Assembly: GCA_001821615.1 (NCBI GenBank)
Contig: MHMS01000022.1
Span: 1-42,847, forward strand
DNA: 42,847 nucleotides
Source of the DNA: Candidatus Niyogibacteria bacterium RIFCSPLOWO2_12_FULL_41_13
Lineage (GTDB): Bacteria; Patescibacteriota; Minisyncoccia; 2-12-FULL-41-13
Reading direction: 5' to 3'
The first letter of the stretch is position 1. Each line of letters starts with the position of its first letter. Of the stretch, positions 7,945-17,037 are shown piece after piece. The notes under the pieces are model-generated. The model was not told the origin of the DNA. It made no database searches and saw nothing but the letters and a program-made list of their open reading frames with translations. Both the position numbers and the translations under genes were made by a program.

Positions 7945-8915
7945 TATTGGATGATTTTCTTGAATTCCTCAATGAGCGGCGTTTGTTCCGGGTCAACGCC
8001 GTATTCTTCCGCCAAATAATAAGAAGTCCAATCCGCTAAAATCAAAGAAGAGAAAATTTTATGAAAAATATTTTTGTCGTTTAATTCTAAAACCTCAATC
8101 GGCAAATTTTTTTCCTTAAATAATTTTGCCGTTGTTTCCATTCTTTTTTGAATTCTCGGATTATCTTCGTCGTCTTTTAAAAAAATAAAATAAAAATTCC
8201 GCGACAAGTTTTTATTCGTAAAACCGTTCATTTCATTGTGATTCAATTCCGGAAAAACATTGCAAAAAGCCGGGATTTTTGAGGTTTCATTAAATTTGAT
8301 TTTCCAGGCGTAAGCGACCGCGGAATTGCGAGCCGAAGAATAAATAACCGGAATAAAATCTTTTAATTTTTGCGCCAAATTTTTGCCGGCATTTTCACAG
8401 TCTTGAGGATTTAATAAATTTGCCAATTCGCTCGCCTGTTTTAATCCTTCCTTGTCGCCGATTATTTCAAGCAAGGCTTTAATTTGATGGCCAAGCGCCA
8501 TTCTCGGCTGAAGACCGACATTGGGCAGTTGAATAAAAGGAATGGAATTGCCTTTGGCTAGCTCAATAAGCTTTCCTCCGGTTGAAATAACCGCCGCCCG
8601 CAAACTCATTTCCAACGTTTTGTCAAAACTATCAAGGACTTCTTCGGTGTCGCCTGAATAAGAATTTAAAATAACAAGGCGCTCGTTTAAATCAGACAAC
8701 GCCAGCAATCCATAATCGCGATGAATGATTATATCTAAATCCGGTTTAAATATTTTCAGCAATCCGCCGACCAAACCCGACCCTCCCATTCCAACGATAA
8801 CAAGCTTTTTTACGCCCAAAAACCCGCTTGGAAGCTTAGCTTCCAAGCGGACGATTTCCGGCTGCCATTCAAACTGCTTTGAAAAATTTTTAATGATTTC
8901 AGAATAGACTTTCAT
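7944..8915 (-). CDS. Bifunctional phosphoglucose/phosphomannose isomerase
   Basis: GMGGSG, SYSGDTEE, QPRMAL, KFNETSK, PELNHNE motifs. Confidence 0.92.
   Translation of the reverse strand: MKVYSEIIKNFSKQFEWQPEIVRLEAKLPSGFLGVKKLVIVGMGGSGLVGGLLKIFKPDLDIIIHRDYGLLALSDLNERLVILNSYSGDTEEVLDSFDKTLEMSLRAAVISTGGKLIELAKGNSIPFIQLPNVGLQPRMALGHQIKALLEIIGDKEGLKQASELANLLNPQDCENAGKNLAQKLKDFIPVIYSSARNSAVAYAWKIKFNETSKIPAFCNVFPELNHNEMNGFTNKNLSRNFYFIFLKDDEDNPRIQKRMETTAKLFKEKNLPIEVLELNDKNIFHKIFSSLILADWTSYYLAEEYGVDPEQTPLIEEFKKIIQ
8824..8850. repeat. 27-bp palindrome inside the PGI/PMI CDS
   Basis: CCGCTTGGAAGC-TTA-GCTTCCAAGCGG, perfect 12-bp arms. Confidence 0.85.
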
Positions 8916-8922
8916 TGCGAAT

Positions 8923-9159
8923 TTATTTTATATTCAATAATTCGCCTAATCTTTCCTTGTCAAAACCGATGATAAGCTCGCCGCCAACCTCAATAACCGG
9001 AACGCCCATTTGTTGAGATTTATCAATCATTTCCTGCCGAGACTGCGCGTCGCTGGAAACATCTTTTTCTTCGTAAGAAATGTTATTTTCCTTAAACCAC
9101 TGCTTCGCCATTTTGCAATAAATGCAGGTTGGCGTCGTGTAAATTTTTACTTTGACCAT
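8923..9159 (-). CDS. Glutaredoxin-like NrdH/YruB redoxin
   Basis: YTTPTCIYC, GVPVI, IIGFD. Confidence 0.92.
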   Translation of the reverse strand: MVKVKIYTTPTCIYCKMAKQWFKENNISYEEKDVSSDAQSRQEMIDKSQQMGVPVIEVGGELIIGFDKERLGELLNIK

Positions 9160-9169
9160 ATTATTTTAT

Positions 9170-10360
9170 TTATCTTAATTTTATCGCCCACAAAAATTCA
9201 TTGTCCCTGTCTTTAAAATACAGAAAATCTTCGTTCGGCGCAACCTCAATATCCCAGACATCAAACAAACGCTCGTTATAAATCATTTTTGTCTCGCCGG
9301 TTTTAAGATTGATTTTGAAAAATTCGTCTTCCAATTTAACAAGCCCCTGATGCCATTCGTCCGGATATAAAGCCAAAGGGGGATTTTTTGGAACGGCGCA
9401 ATAAACCATATCCGCGTCAATCCGGGAAAACGCGCATTTTTGGGCGAGTCCGGAAAATGTCAGAGCTGAAACTTCTTCTTTTTTTAAATTATAAAATTTC
9501 AAGGTTGGTTTTTGAGAATCGGGGTCATAACCGGAAAACGCGAATTTCTCCCCTTTTGCGTCCCATTTCGCTTCCAATCCGAAAATATCGCCTAAAATTT
9601 TCTTAAAACTTCCGGTTAAAGGATTAAATTGATAAAGAAAACCGGGCGCGATTCCCGACGGCCGCGTCGCCAAGCTCAAAATATCCGACTTTGGAAAAGA
9701 AACGATAAAATCCGCGAAGGGACTGGAATAAATTTCCCGCTGGGATTGATTTTTGTAAGTCGCTCTAATTACCGTTCCGTTTTCCCGATTATCGCCGGTT
9801 GGAATCAGATAAAAAATATTGTCGGAACCGGCGGCATATCCGAAAGAAAAAATGTTTTGAGGCAGGATAAAACCTTTTGTTGAAGTTCCGGAAAATTCCG
9901 CTGAAACTATTTTTGCTTCCTCTCCTTCAAGATATTTAAACAGGGCTTTTTTGCCGTCCTCGCTCCATTTTACTTCAAAAATTTTCGGCAAAGTGGTGTT
10001 GGAAATCAATTCTTTGCCGCCGTTAACCAAGCTTGCTTCAAAAATATGGCCGGTTGCTTTGTCAATGTATCTTGATAAGCCGTCTTTTAACGGCTTAAAG
10101 CCGCTTATCGGTTCGTTCGCGATTTGGATTAACGAGAGAGCCGGCAATTCCTCAATATTTTTTTCTTTGATTTCTTCAATGGCGGTTATTGGAAGAGTCG
10201 GCGGCTCTTGTTTTTTAATTTCTTCGGAGGAAAGGGGCAATTTTGCCGGTTCTTGTTCTTTTTTCAACTGTTCTTGCCCGCCGCGAAAAAAAGAAAAAAG
10301 CATTGTTACGACAATAACGATAATAATTAAAATAATAATGGCGAAATATAACGGCCTCAT
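9170..10360 (-). CDS. Membrane-anchored protein with probable beta-propeller domain
   Basis: N-terminal TM; WSEDGKK and WDAKGEK TolB-like repeats. Confidence 0.7.
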   Translation of the reverse strand: MRPLYFAIIILIIIVIVVTMLFSFFRGGQEQLKKEQEPAKLPLSSEEIKKQEPPTLPITAIEEIKEKNIEELPALSLIQIANEPISGFKPLKDGLSRYIDKATGHIFEASLVNGGKELISNTTLPKIFEVKWSEDGKKALFKYLEGEEAKIVSAEFSGTSTKGFILPQNIFSFGYAAGSDNIFYLIPTGDNRENGTVIRATYKNQSQREIYSSPFADFIVSFPKSDILSLATRPSGIAPGFLYQFNPLTGSFKKILGDIFGLEAKWDAKGEKFAFSGYDPDSQKPTLKFYNLKKEEVSALTFSGLAQKCAFSRIDADMVYCAVPKNPPLALYPDEWHQGLVKLEDEFFKINLKTGETKMIYNERLFDVWDIEVAPNEDFLYFKDRDNEFLWAIKLR

Positions 10361-10361
10361 A

Positions 10362-10504
10362 CCCAGTAAGACTAAATCGAATATTTCTTGCTAAATCCGC
10401 AAGTGGATATCCGACTATTTATTATACTTAATTTTAATTTTGCAATAAAACATGTTTATACCACGCAAGAAACTAGATTTAGCATTCGATTTTGTCTTAC
10501 TGGG
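10362..10504. mobile_element. MITE-like element, copy 1 (143 bp)
   Basis: 21-bp terminal inverted repeats (20/21, CCCAGTAAGACWAAATCGAAT), CATA direct repeats at 10358-10361 and 10505-10508; near-identical copy at 12572-12713. Confidence 0.8.
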
Positions 10505-11097
10505 CATATTCTTTCAATTAAAACAATTTTCTTGGACGATTCAATTTGCCCTCGCGCGACTTTCAAAATATCCGGATTTATCGTATTGATAATCAGCCAG
10601 GCGGCAAAAGCCAAAATTAATCCGATTATAGCGTTTGTTATCATATCCCTGGCGGCTTTAATTTCCGCTTCGCTTCCCGCGGACGCAACCCAGCGAGCTC
10701 CGGCTATGACAATCATCAAAACCGCCAAAATCGCCGCCGCTGAAAGCATAAAAGGAAAAAGCCACTTATTGAGAAATAAAATAAAACCCACTCTTTCGCC
10801 CCCTTTAATTAAACCGGGCAAGTCGCTTGCGACGCCTGAAGTTTTTGCCCCGCCTTGTCCTCCCTGTTGAATTGTTCCTTTTGATTCTTCGTCCTTCAGT
10901 CTTTGAATTTCCTGCTCCGTTAGTTTAATATCCTCCTCTTTTAAATTTCCGCTTTTTATAATCCTTTCCAATTCTTGAATTATTCCTTGATTGGTTGTTT
11001 GGATTGGGGCATTAACTTCTATTTCATTTCCAAAAACAAAAGACGGGATTAAATAAAAAATCGCAATTATTAAAATTATCGTTGTTTTACTCCACAT
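10456..11097 (-). CDS. CPR T4SS-pilin-like (VirB2/TrbC-like) protein; last 16 aa come from the MITE
   Basis: AVLMIVIAGARWVASAG...ARDMITNAIIGLILAFAAWLIINTINPDIL two-TM signature. Confidence 0.8.
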   Translation of the reverse strand: MWSKTTIILIIAIFYLIPSFVFGNEIEVNAPIQTTNQGIIQELERIIKSGNLKEEDIKLTEQEIQRLKDEESKGTIQQGGQGGAKTSGVASDLPGLIKGGERVGFILFLNKWLFPFMLSAAAILAVLMIVIAGARWVASAGSEAEIKAARDMITNAIIGLILAFAAWLIINTINPDILKVARGQIESSKKIVLIERICPVRQNRMLNLVSCVV

Positions 11098-12088
11098 TGA
11101 TTTTTACATTGGTTTCTTTTGTTTCCAGGGGATTATCATTATTTTCCACTATTAAGTTTAACAAAATGCCGCCCAAAAATCCCTCGCTGATTTTAAGGTT
11201 CAATAAATTAAACGGCGGTTCTTTTTTGGCGGCTACGCCGTTGGCAAACCAGTTATAAACCAAGAAAGGAGAAGAAAAATAATACGGCTCGGCGCGAAAA
11301 TCAATCTGGCTTTGCGAGGTCGCGCTAAAACTCTCCGCGAGCGCCCGGCTGAATTTTGGGCCCTGAAGGGGATGCTCTTCATAAATCAAAACTTTTGAAT
11401 CGCTCGCCGGAATAAATATCGTTTTAACCGCTTTAAATGTTTCTTTTGACGAACTTACCTCAACCCTTGCTTCCTGCCCCTGGAAAGCGATAATCGGAAT
11501 TTGAAATTCAAAACTTTGCCTGCCGAAACCCGATTGCTCCTGAAACAATTCATCGCCTAAAAACCATTTATAAATCAGATTCTTCGGCGAAATTCGCTTG
11601 CCTTCAAGAATAAAATGGGGCTCGGCGACTATTTTGACTTTTGAACGCAAGACGGGAAGCGCCTTGCCGGGATAAAAAACAGGCCTTGAAGTTTTTGCCT
11701 CCCACAATAAATCAACATCGGCGAGAATAAACGAGCGAACCCGTTCCAGCTTGTTTCCCGAAGGAGAAATAACAACTGCTTTTATTGTCTCCTCTCTGCC
11801 AAGCGAACCGGCTTTAAATTGATATTGTTTTTTGCCTGTTCCCTCTAAAACAATTTTGCCGTTATGAATCCAGGTGATTTTTGAACGGTCAAGGTCAAAA
11901 CTATTACTTGCCAAAGAAGCTGAAACTTCCGCGCCGGGAAAAGGAATATCCGGACTGACATCCAATGAAAAATCTTCTCCGGAGAACGAGGATATTGCGG
12001 GAAAACCCATTTGAGCGAAAACAAAAGAAAAGCCGAAAATAATCGCGATAAAAGAAAAAATTAAAACATTTGATATTTGATATTTCAT
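11087..12088 (-). CDS. Secreted hypothetical protein with Ig-like beta domains
   Basis: Signal peptide ending VFA; beta-rich with ITW/YKW/YNW motifs; overlaps both neighbours. Confidence 0.7.
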   Translation of the reverse strand: MKYQISNVLIFSFIAIIFGFSFVFAQMGFPAISSFSGEDFSLDVSPDIPFPGAEVSASLASNSFDLDRSKITWIHNGKIVLEGTGKKQYQFKAGSLGREETIKAVVISPSGNKLERVRSFILADVDLLWEAKTSRPVFYPGKALPVLRSKVKIVAEPHFILEGKRISPKNLIYKWFLGDELFQEQSGFGRQSFEFQIPIIAFQGQEARVEVSSSKETFKAVKTIFIPASDSKVLIYEEHPLQGPKFSRALAESFSATSQSQIDFRAEPYYFSSPFLVYNWFANGVAAKKEPPFNLLNLKISEGFLGGILLNLIVENNDNPLETKETNVKINVE

Positions 12089-12570
12089 ATCGGAACCGCT
12101 TTCGCCGCTTTTTCAAGTTTTTCAAGAACTTTTTTGCCAAACAAGTTGTATAAAATAATCACTAAAACCATCGCAATAAAACTCGGAATAAATTCAATGA
12201 CGGGTATTAATTCCGCAATTATACCAGCAAACATCTGAAAGACAAAAGCCGGCGGACGGCTAAGTCCGGCAAGAATCACCCACAACCAAATAACTCCCCA
12301 CATTATAAAATCCAAAATATCGCCCAGAATCGGAATTTGGCCAATCACAAAAATGTCCAAAACATCGTTTGCCGCGGCGAAAAACAGCATCATTAAACCG
12401 GTAACAACTACTATCGCTTTTTTGCTCGCGCCGTCTCCTTCTGATTCTTTCGCTTCCGCCATTGCCAGCGCGCTTTCTCTCTGCTCCAACAAACTCGTCC
12501 TCTGGTCCGACGAACTCAACTTCTGCTCCAATAAGTTCAACGCTCTTTTTTGTTCTAATGGAATTGCCAT
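12085..12570 (-). CDS. Hypothetical membrane protein
   Basis: N-terminal coiled segment then several hydrophobic helices (IPILGDILD, AELIPVIEFIP). Confidence 0.7.
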   Translation of the reverse strand: MAIPLEQKRALNLLEQKLSSSDQRTSLLEQRESALAMAEAKESEGDGASKKAIVVVTGLMMLFFAAANDVLDIFVIGQIPILGDILDFIMWGVIWLWVILAGLSRPPAFVFQMFAGIIAELIPVIEFIPSFIAMVLVIILYNLFGKKVLEKLEKAAKAVPI

Positions 12571-12571
12571 A

Positions 12572-12713
12572 CCCAGTAAGACTAAATCGAATATTTCTTG
12601 CTAAATCCGCAAGTGGACATCCGATTATTATTATATTTAATTTTAATTTTGCAATAAAACATGTTTATACCACGCAAGAAACTGGATTTAGCATTCGATT
12701 TTGTCTTACTGGG
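12572..12713. mobile_element. MITE-like element, copy 2 (142 bp)
   Basis: Same terminal inverted repeats; CATA at 12568-12571 and 12714-12717; 4 substitutions and 1 indel versus copy 1. Confidence 0.8.
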
Positions 12714-12719
12714 CATAAA

Positions 12720-14540
12720 TTATGTTTTTTCATATTCTTCTTTTGCTTTTTTAATCGCCGCAATTTGGGACGGGTCGGTGGTGATAATCTGGTCTTCGGT
12801 GTAAGAACTGATGATTTTGATGGCGACATGTTTCAATCCGGCGTAAAAAAGCCCTTCGCCGACATCAGATTCAAGAAGCAAGAATTTTTCCTCCTCGGTT
12901 AAATTAAAAGTCTGTTGAACGACATCAATGGAAGCGGGCGACTGTTTCATCAGCAACTGCAAAGAAGAATTGGTCAGGATCGGCTTGCCGTAAGGCGAGT
13001 TCAAAAAATCGCCCACATCCTGGGTAATGGTGGTAAGCCCCAAATAATATTTTCTCGCTCTTTTGGCGATGCCGAACAAAAAAGAAGCGCTGTCTTCGTT
13101 CTTTATCATCCACCACGCCTCGTCAACTATGAGCACTCTTTTTTTAAGCTCGCGGCGAATCGCGTTCCAAACATGATGCATAATCAAAAACATCGCCACC
13201 GGCCGCAATTCGTTCTCCATATCCCGGATGGAAAAAGCGACGAACTTTTTCATCATATCCACATTGGTCGGCTGGTTTAAAAATCCCGCCCAGACTCCCT
13301 GGGTGTATTTTCTAAGCCGCACCGCCAAACTCTCGCCTCCCTCGGTGTTCGTCAAAACCAATTCCAAATCGGAAAGAACCGGAGGAATCGCTTTTGAAAA
13401 ATCGCTCTCCATCGTGATATTTCTCGCCGCGTAAGTTTCGGTGATTGCTGAATCCAAAATGCTGTCTTCTTCGGGAGTAAGACCGCCCAAAAGCAATCTG
13501 AAAAATCCGATGAGGTTGACAATCTGGCTTCGCAAAACATCGGACGGCGATTCGTCTTCTCTCGGCAAAGGAAGGTCAAAAGGATTGATGTGATGGTGGC
13601 TGGCGAGAGAAATGTTGAAATACTGGCCGTCAATCGTTTCGGCCAAATGTTCGTATTCCCGCTCGGGGTCAATAATGATTACTTCCGTGTCAAACATCAA
13701 AGAACGGAGAATTTCCAATTTGACAAAATAGGACTTTCCGCCGCCAGCCACTCCAAGAACAACCGTGTTGAAATTTTCCAGACTGAATCTGTCAAACAAA
13801 ATCAAACTGTTGTTGTGGCGATTAATGCCGTAAAGAATGCCTTTGTTTGAATTCAAATCAAATGAAATAAAAGGAAAAACGCTTGAAATCGGCTGGGTAT
13901 TAAGATTGATATACATTTTAAGAGTGTCCATTCCCAAGGGGAAAACGCTCTCTAGGCCCTCTTTTTGCTGAAACAGAGCCGGCTTTGAATAAATAAGTTT
14001 TGATTCCAGGATTGACCTGATTTCGCTTTCTTCTTTGTCCAACGCCTCTTTGTTGTCGGCATAAATAGTAATGTACAAACCAAACATAAAAAGCCGTTCT
14101 TCGGCTTGCTGAAGCCGGTCTCTTAATTCTTCAAGATTCTGATAAGCGGCGTCCAGCATCGGGTCCCTGACAAACCCTTTTTCTTCCCTTAAATGTATTT
14201 CCGAAAGAACTTCGGCGACTCTTTTTTGAAGCTGGCGCATCATAGCGGCGGTTTCAATCGGATGAATCTGCATTGAAATGTCAAAAACCTTGTCAAGATT
14301 TATTATCGGAAAAAACCAGCCGGTTGAGAGATAGCTCGGATAAGAAAAAATAAAAATCGTCTTGGCTATTTTCTCGCCCAGTTTAAGATAATTGGAACTT
14401 ATCTCCAGGGCCGACGGAGAAATAACATCGTGCAATTCCAAAACCCCGGCCTCGTATATTTCCTCGGGATAAACCGCGATGATTTTCTCCCGCTCTTTAT
14501 CTTCTTCTTTTTTTCCAAAAATTTTGCTTAATATCGCCAT
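12720..14540 (-). CDS. VirB4/TraC-like type IV secretion ATPase
   Basis: Walker A GVAGGGKS, IIDPEREY, INPFD, Walker B LIVDEAW, RARKY, ITQDVGDF; ATG 14540 preferred over 14558. Confidence 0.9.
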   Translation of the reverse strand: MAILSKIFGKKEEDKEREKIIAVYPEEIYEAGVLELHDVISPSALEISSNYLKLGEKIAKTIFIFSYPSYLSTGWFFPIINLDKVFDISMQIHPIETAAMMRQLQKRVAEVLSEIHLREEKGFVRDPMLDAAYQNLEELRDRLQQAEERLFMFGLYITIYADNKEALDKEESEIRSILESKLIYSKPALFQQKEGLESVFPLGMDTLKMYINLNTQPISSVFPFISFDLNSNKGILYGINRHNNSLILFDRFSLENFNTVVLGVAGGGKSYFVKLEILRSLMFDTEVIIIDPEREYEHLAETIDGQYFNISLASHHHINPFDLPLPREDESPSDVLRSQIVNLIGFFRLLLGGLTPEEDSILDSAITETYAARNITMESDFSKAIPPVLSDLELVLTNTEGGESLAVRLRKYTQGVWAGFLNQPTNVDMMKKFVAFSIRDMENELRPVAMFLIMHHVWNAIRRELKKRVLIVDEAWWMIKNEDSASFLFGIAKRARKYYLGLTTITQDVGDFLNSPYGKPILTNSSLQLLMKQSPASIDVVQQTFNLTEEEKFLLLESDVGEGLFYAGLKHVAIKIISSYTEDQIITTDPSQIAAIKKAKEEYEKT

Positions 14541-14544
14541 AATT

Positions 14545-14652
14545 TTTAAAATTTTCAATTTCTAATTTTTATTAAATTTTCAATTTTTTAATTTTCAAAA
14601 TGTTTGTAAATTGGTTCATTGTAAATTGATTGAAAATTGATAATTGAAAATT
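14545..14652. repeat. Imperfect AT-rich hairpin of heptamer-like units
   Basis: AATTTTCAATT-type units on the left, AATTGAAAATT-type units on the right, filling the intergenic space. Confidence 0.6.
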
Positions 14653-15322
14653 ATTGTATTGATGGCGGCTTCCCCTTCTCCATCTCTCCGGGATTATACA
14701 ATCCGTAAAACAATTCTATCGCTTCTTCGGTGTTTAAAGGAATCGCCCTGACGCTGACGCGGGCCAATCCGGATATTGTTGATTCCATTCTCTGCCAAAG
14801 CTGGCCTCTGTATTCTTCAAATTTCGCTTCTTCTATTCTTTCGGCCCCTTTTTTGCCTGGCCTTAAAAGCTTCATTGCCCCGAAAATTCCTCCCATTATT
14901 CCGCCCGATTTAATTTCCAAAAACGGCGGGGTGTACGGGACGACGACATAAAAAGTTTTGCTGACGATTTTTTCCATCTCAACGAAATTTTTGACGAAAT
15001 CAATGTATTCCTTTGTCTGAATTTTAAGCAAATCGTTAACCTGCTTTTTTTCCGCTTCTCTTAGAAGGTCAAGATACGGCTCAATGTTCAGCCGCCGGGA
15101 AGAAATAAAAATCTGCAAAGAAAAATCCAGAGAATTCAAAAAACTCTGGTAGCCGGCGATAATCGCCTCCTGCTCGTCTCCCGACTTCAAGGCGAAATTA
15201 AGAGCCGAGCACATCAAAATCATCCGGAGAGAGCCGTCTTTTAAAATAATTATTCCGTCCCGAATTTCCTGAATCATAACTATCTCCTGGCTCGGTTTTG
15301 CTTTGGTTGAATCAATAGCCAT
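14651..15322 (-). CDS. VirB4-associated T4SS protein (TraC N-terminal-like)
   Basis: IRDGIIILKDG, LNFALKS.DEQ, FLNSLDFSLQI, FYVVVPY; between PrgI and VirB4. Confidence 0.75.
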   Translation of the reverse strand: MAIDSTKAKPSQEIVMIQEIRDGIIILKDGSLRMILMCSALNFALKSGDEQEAIIAGYQSFLNSLDFSLQIFISSRRLNIEPYLDLLREAEKKQVNDLLKIQTKEYIDFVKNFVEMEKIVSKTFYVVVPYTPPFLEIKSGGIMGGIFGAMKLLRPGKKGAERIEEAKFEEYRGQLWQRMESTISGLARVSVRAIPLNTEEAIELFYGLYNPGEMEKGKPPSIQ

Positions 15323-15392
15323 AAATTTAAATTTTAGTCATTGGTCATTTTTTAATTTGGAATTTGATTAGGCATTAGAAATTAGAAATTAG

Positions 15393-15803
15393 TTATTTGC
15401 CCCTGATTTCTTTTTTTATCTCCAGCGACCACGCCAAATCCTTCAACCTGCTTTCCGTCAATTTAGGCAAATTAATCATTCCCTCTTGTTTTGCTCCGGG
15501 AATCTGAATTTCCTTTTTTTCTTTTTTTACCCTTTTCCAGATGTAAAGTTTCGCGCCCGAAGAATAGTCAATCGCGTTGTTTAAAACATTGATAAACGGC
15601 TGGCCGTTCACCTTGTAAAAGGCGAGAGCGACGGCAAATCCGGCAAGCGGAATGACTACGATATAAGCCAGTATTCTGGGAAGAAAAGTCCAGGCGATGA
15701 AAACCAGCGCCCCTCCGCCAATAAGATAAATAAACTGCTTGAATGTAAGCGGCCCGAAAATCTTCGGCTCTACTTCTATGAATTGCGGAACATGGAATCT
15801 CAT
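15393..15803 (-). CDS. PrgI family protein
   Basis: VPQFIEVEPKIFGPLTFKQF N-terminus, two TMs, NGQPF. Confidence 0.85.
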   Translation of the reverse strand: MRFHVPQFIEVEPKIFGPLTFKQFIYLIGGGALVFIAWTFLPRILAYIVVIPLAGFAVALAFYKVNGQPFINVLNNAIDYSSGAKLYIWKRVKKEKKEIQIPGAKQEGMINLPKLTESRLKDLAWSLEIKKEIRGK

Positions 15804-15874
15804 GTATTTTAAATTTCTAATTTCTAATTAACCTAATTTCTAATCAATAATCAATGATTTAAAATTTTCAATGA

Positions 15875-16246
15875 CTAATTATTTTTGCTGGAACGCACAA
15901 TTGCGTTAAAAATAAGATTTAATTCTTTTGCCTCTTGCCATAATTTCCTTGCTTCTTCTTTTAATTCTAAAATTGTCACCGCTATCATTCTCAGCCAATG
16001 TTTTGTTTCTCTTGCTTCTTTTTTGCAAATTCCAATTTTATGATTAAAATCTTTCTTTGATTCAGCATCATCGGCCTCGCAATAATTAGCTCCTATACTT
16101 GTTCCGGCTTTTACTAACTGATTTATTAATGGTTTTGTAACTTCATTTATTGGAATCTTTTTAGCGAATCTAATTATCTCTTCTCCAAATTTAGCTGTTC
16201 TTTCCTCTAAATCAAAATTCTTTTTTGTTATTTTTTCATTTGGCAT
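15875..16246 (-). CDS. Four-helix-bundle protein (23S rRNA IVS protein/bAvd-like family)
   Basis: DLEERT..F, QLVKAGTSIGANYCEA, SKKDF.HKI.IC.KEARETKHWL. Confidence 0.92.
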   Translation of the reverse strand: MPNEKITKKNFDLEERTAKFGEEIIRFAKKIPINEVTKPLINQLVKAGTSIGANYCEADDAESKKDFNHKIGICKKEARETKHWLRMIAVTILELKEEARKLWQEAKELNLIFNAIVRSSKNN

Positions 16247-16288
16247 TGGGATTTGATTAGATATTAGAAATTAGGAATTAGTCATTTA

Positions 16289-16915
16289 TTATAAGGTTTC
16301 TCTATACGGGTCCGTTCCGCCGGGATATTTCTCTTCCTTTTTCGCTTGCTCAACTTCTTCTTTTATTTCTCTGTATTGTTTTGGCGCGCGCTGAATTCCA
16401 ATTTCAACAATTTCTTTTTCTTCAGCCGGCTTTTGCTCAATAATCGGAGATTCAACTATCGGAGGTTCAACCAGAGGTTTAACCTCCGAAATTGGTTGCT
16501 GAATTTCCTGCGCTAGGGGCTTAATTTCTTCTTTTATTGTCGGCTTTTCAACCGTCGGAGGTTTAACCTCCGACGGTTCTTCTTCTCCGATTTTATGGAG
16601 TTTTTTGAGCGATTCCCGAACCGGTCCGAAAATCTGCTCATTAACATCTTTGGCGATGCTTTTCGCTTTTTCCGCATCAACCCCCAGCCGTTCAGAAAGA
16701 TTTTTTATAAAATCTTTGGGGTGGGTAAGGCCTAACATCACTCTGCCGATTTCATTACCCAAATCTCCCATTTTGTCAACATATAAGCCGTATTTATTGC
16801 TGATATTCATTATTTTGTCCGTAACTTCTTCGCTAAACATAGCATCCTTTAAATCAGGAGGAAGATTCTTATATCTTTTTATTAATTGTTCTTGGTCAAT
16901 TTGTGGCATATTCAT
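16289..16915 (-). CDS. Hypothetical protein with Pro/Glu-rich linker
   Basis: Helical N-domain (LPPDLKDAM...VNEQIFGPVRESL), low-complexity linker, DPYRE C-terminus. Confidence 0.75.
   Translation of the reverse strand: MNMPQIDQEQLIKRYKNLPPDLKDAMFSEEVTDKIMNISNKYGLYVDKMGDLGNEIGRVMLGLTHPKDFIKNLSERLGVDAEKAKSIAKDVNEQIFGPVRESLKKLHKIGEEEPSEVKPPTVEKPTIKEEIKPLAQEIQQPISEVKPLVEPPIVESPIIEQKPAEEKEIVEIGIQRAPKQYREIKEEVEQAKKEEKYPGGTDPYRETL
16550..16578. repeat. 29-bp palindrome inside CDS
   Basis: AACCGTCGGAGGTT-T-AACCTCCGACGGTT, perfect 14-bp arms; related copy at 16459-16489. Confidence 0.85.
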
Positions 16916-17037
16916 ATTATTGATTATTTTAATAAATTTTAGTTTTATTGTTTCACACCATATTCATCTCCGCCAAGTCCAGTTTCAGGCTCTCGCATTT
17001 GTGTTCCTTGTTTTTTTGTTTTAACATTGCCGCCAAG

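Noticed and set aside
10420..10450. Canonical promoter inside the MITE
   Set aside because: TATAAT is present on the minus strand but TTGCAA is only 13 nt away; not called
12720..15803. Integrative conjugative element
   Set aside because: No integrase, relaxase, coupling protein or att repeats; composition matches flanking core genes
15875..16246. Avd of a complete DGR together with the 34102 gene
   Set aside because: 18 kb apart, no RT or template repeat adjacent; stand-alone four-helix-bundle genes are common
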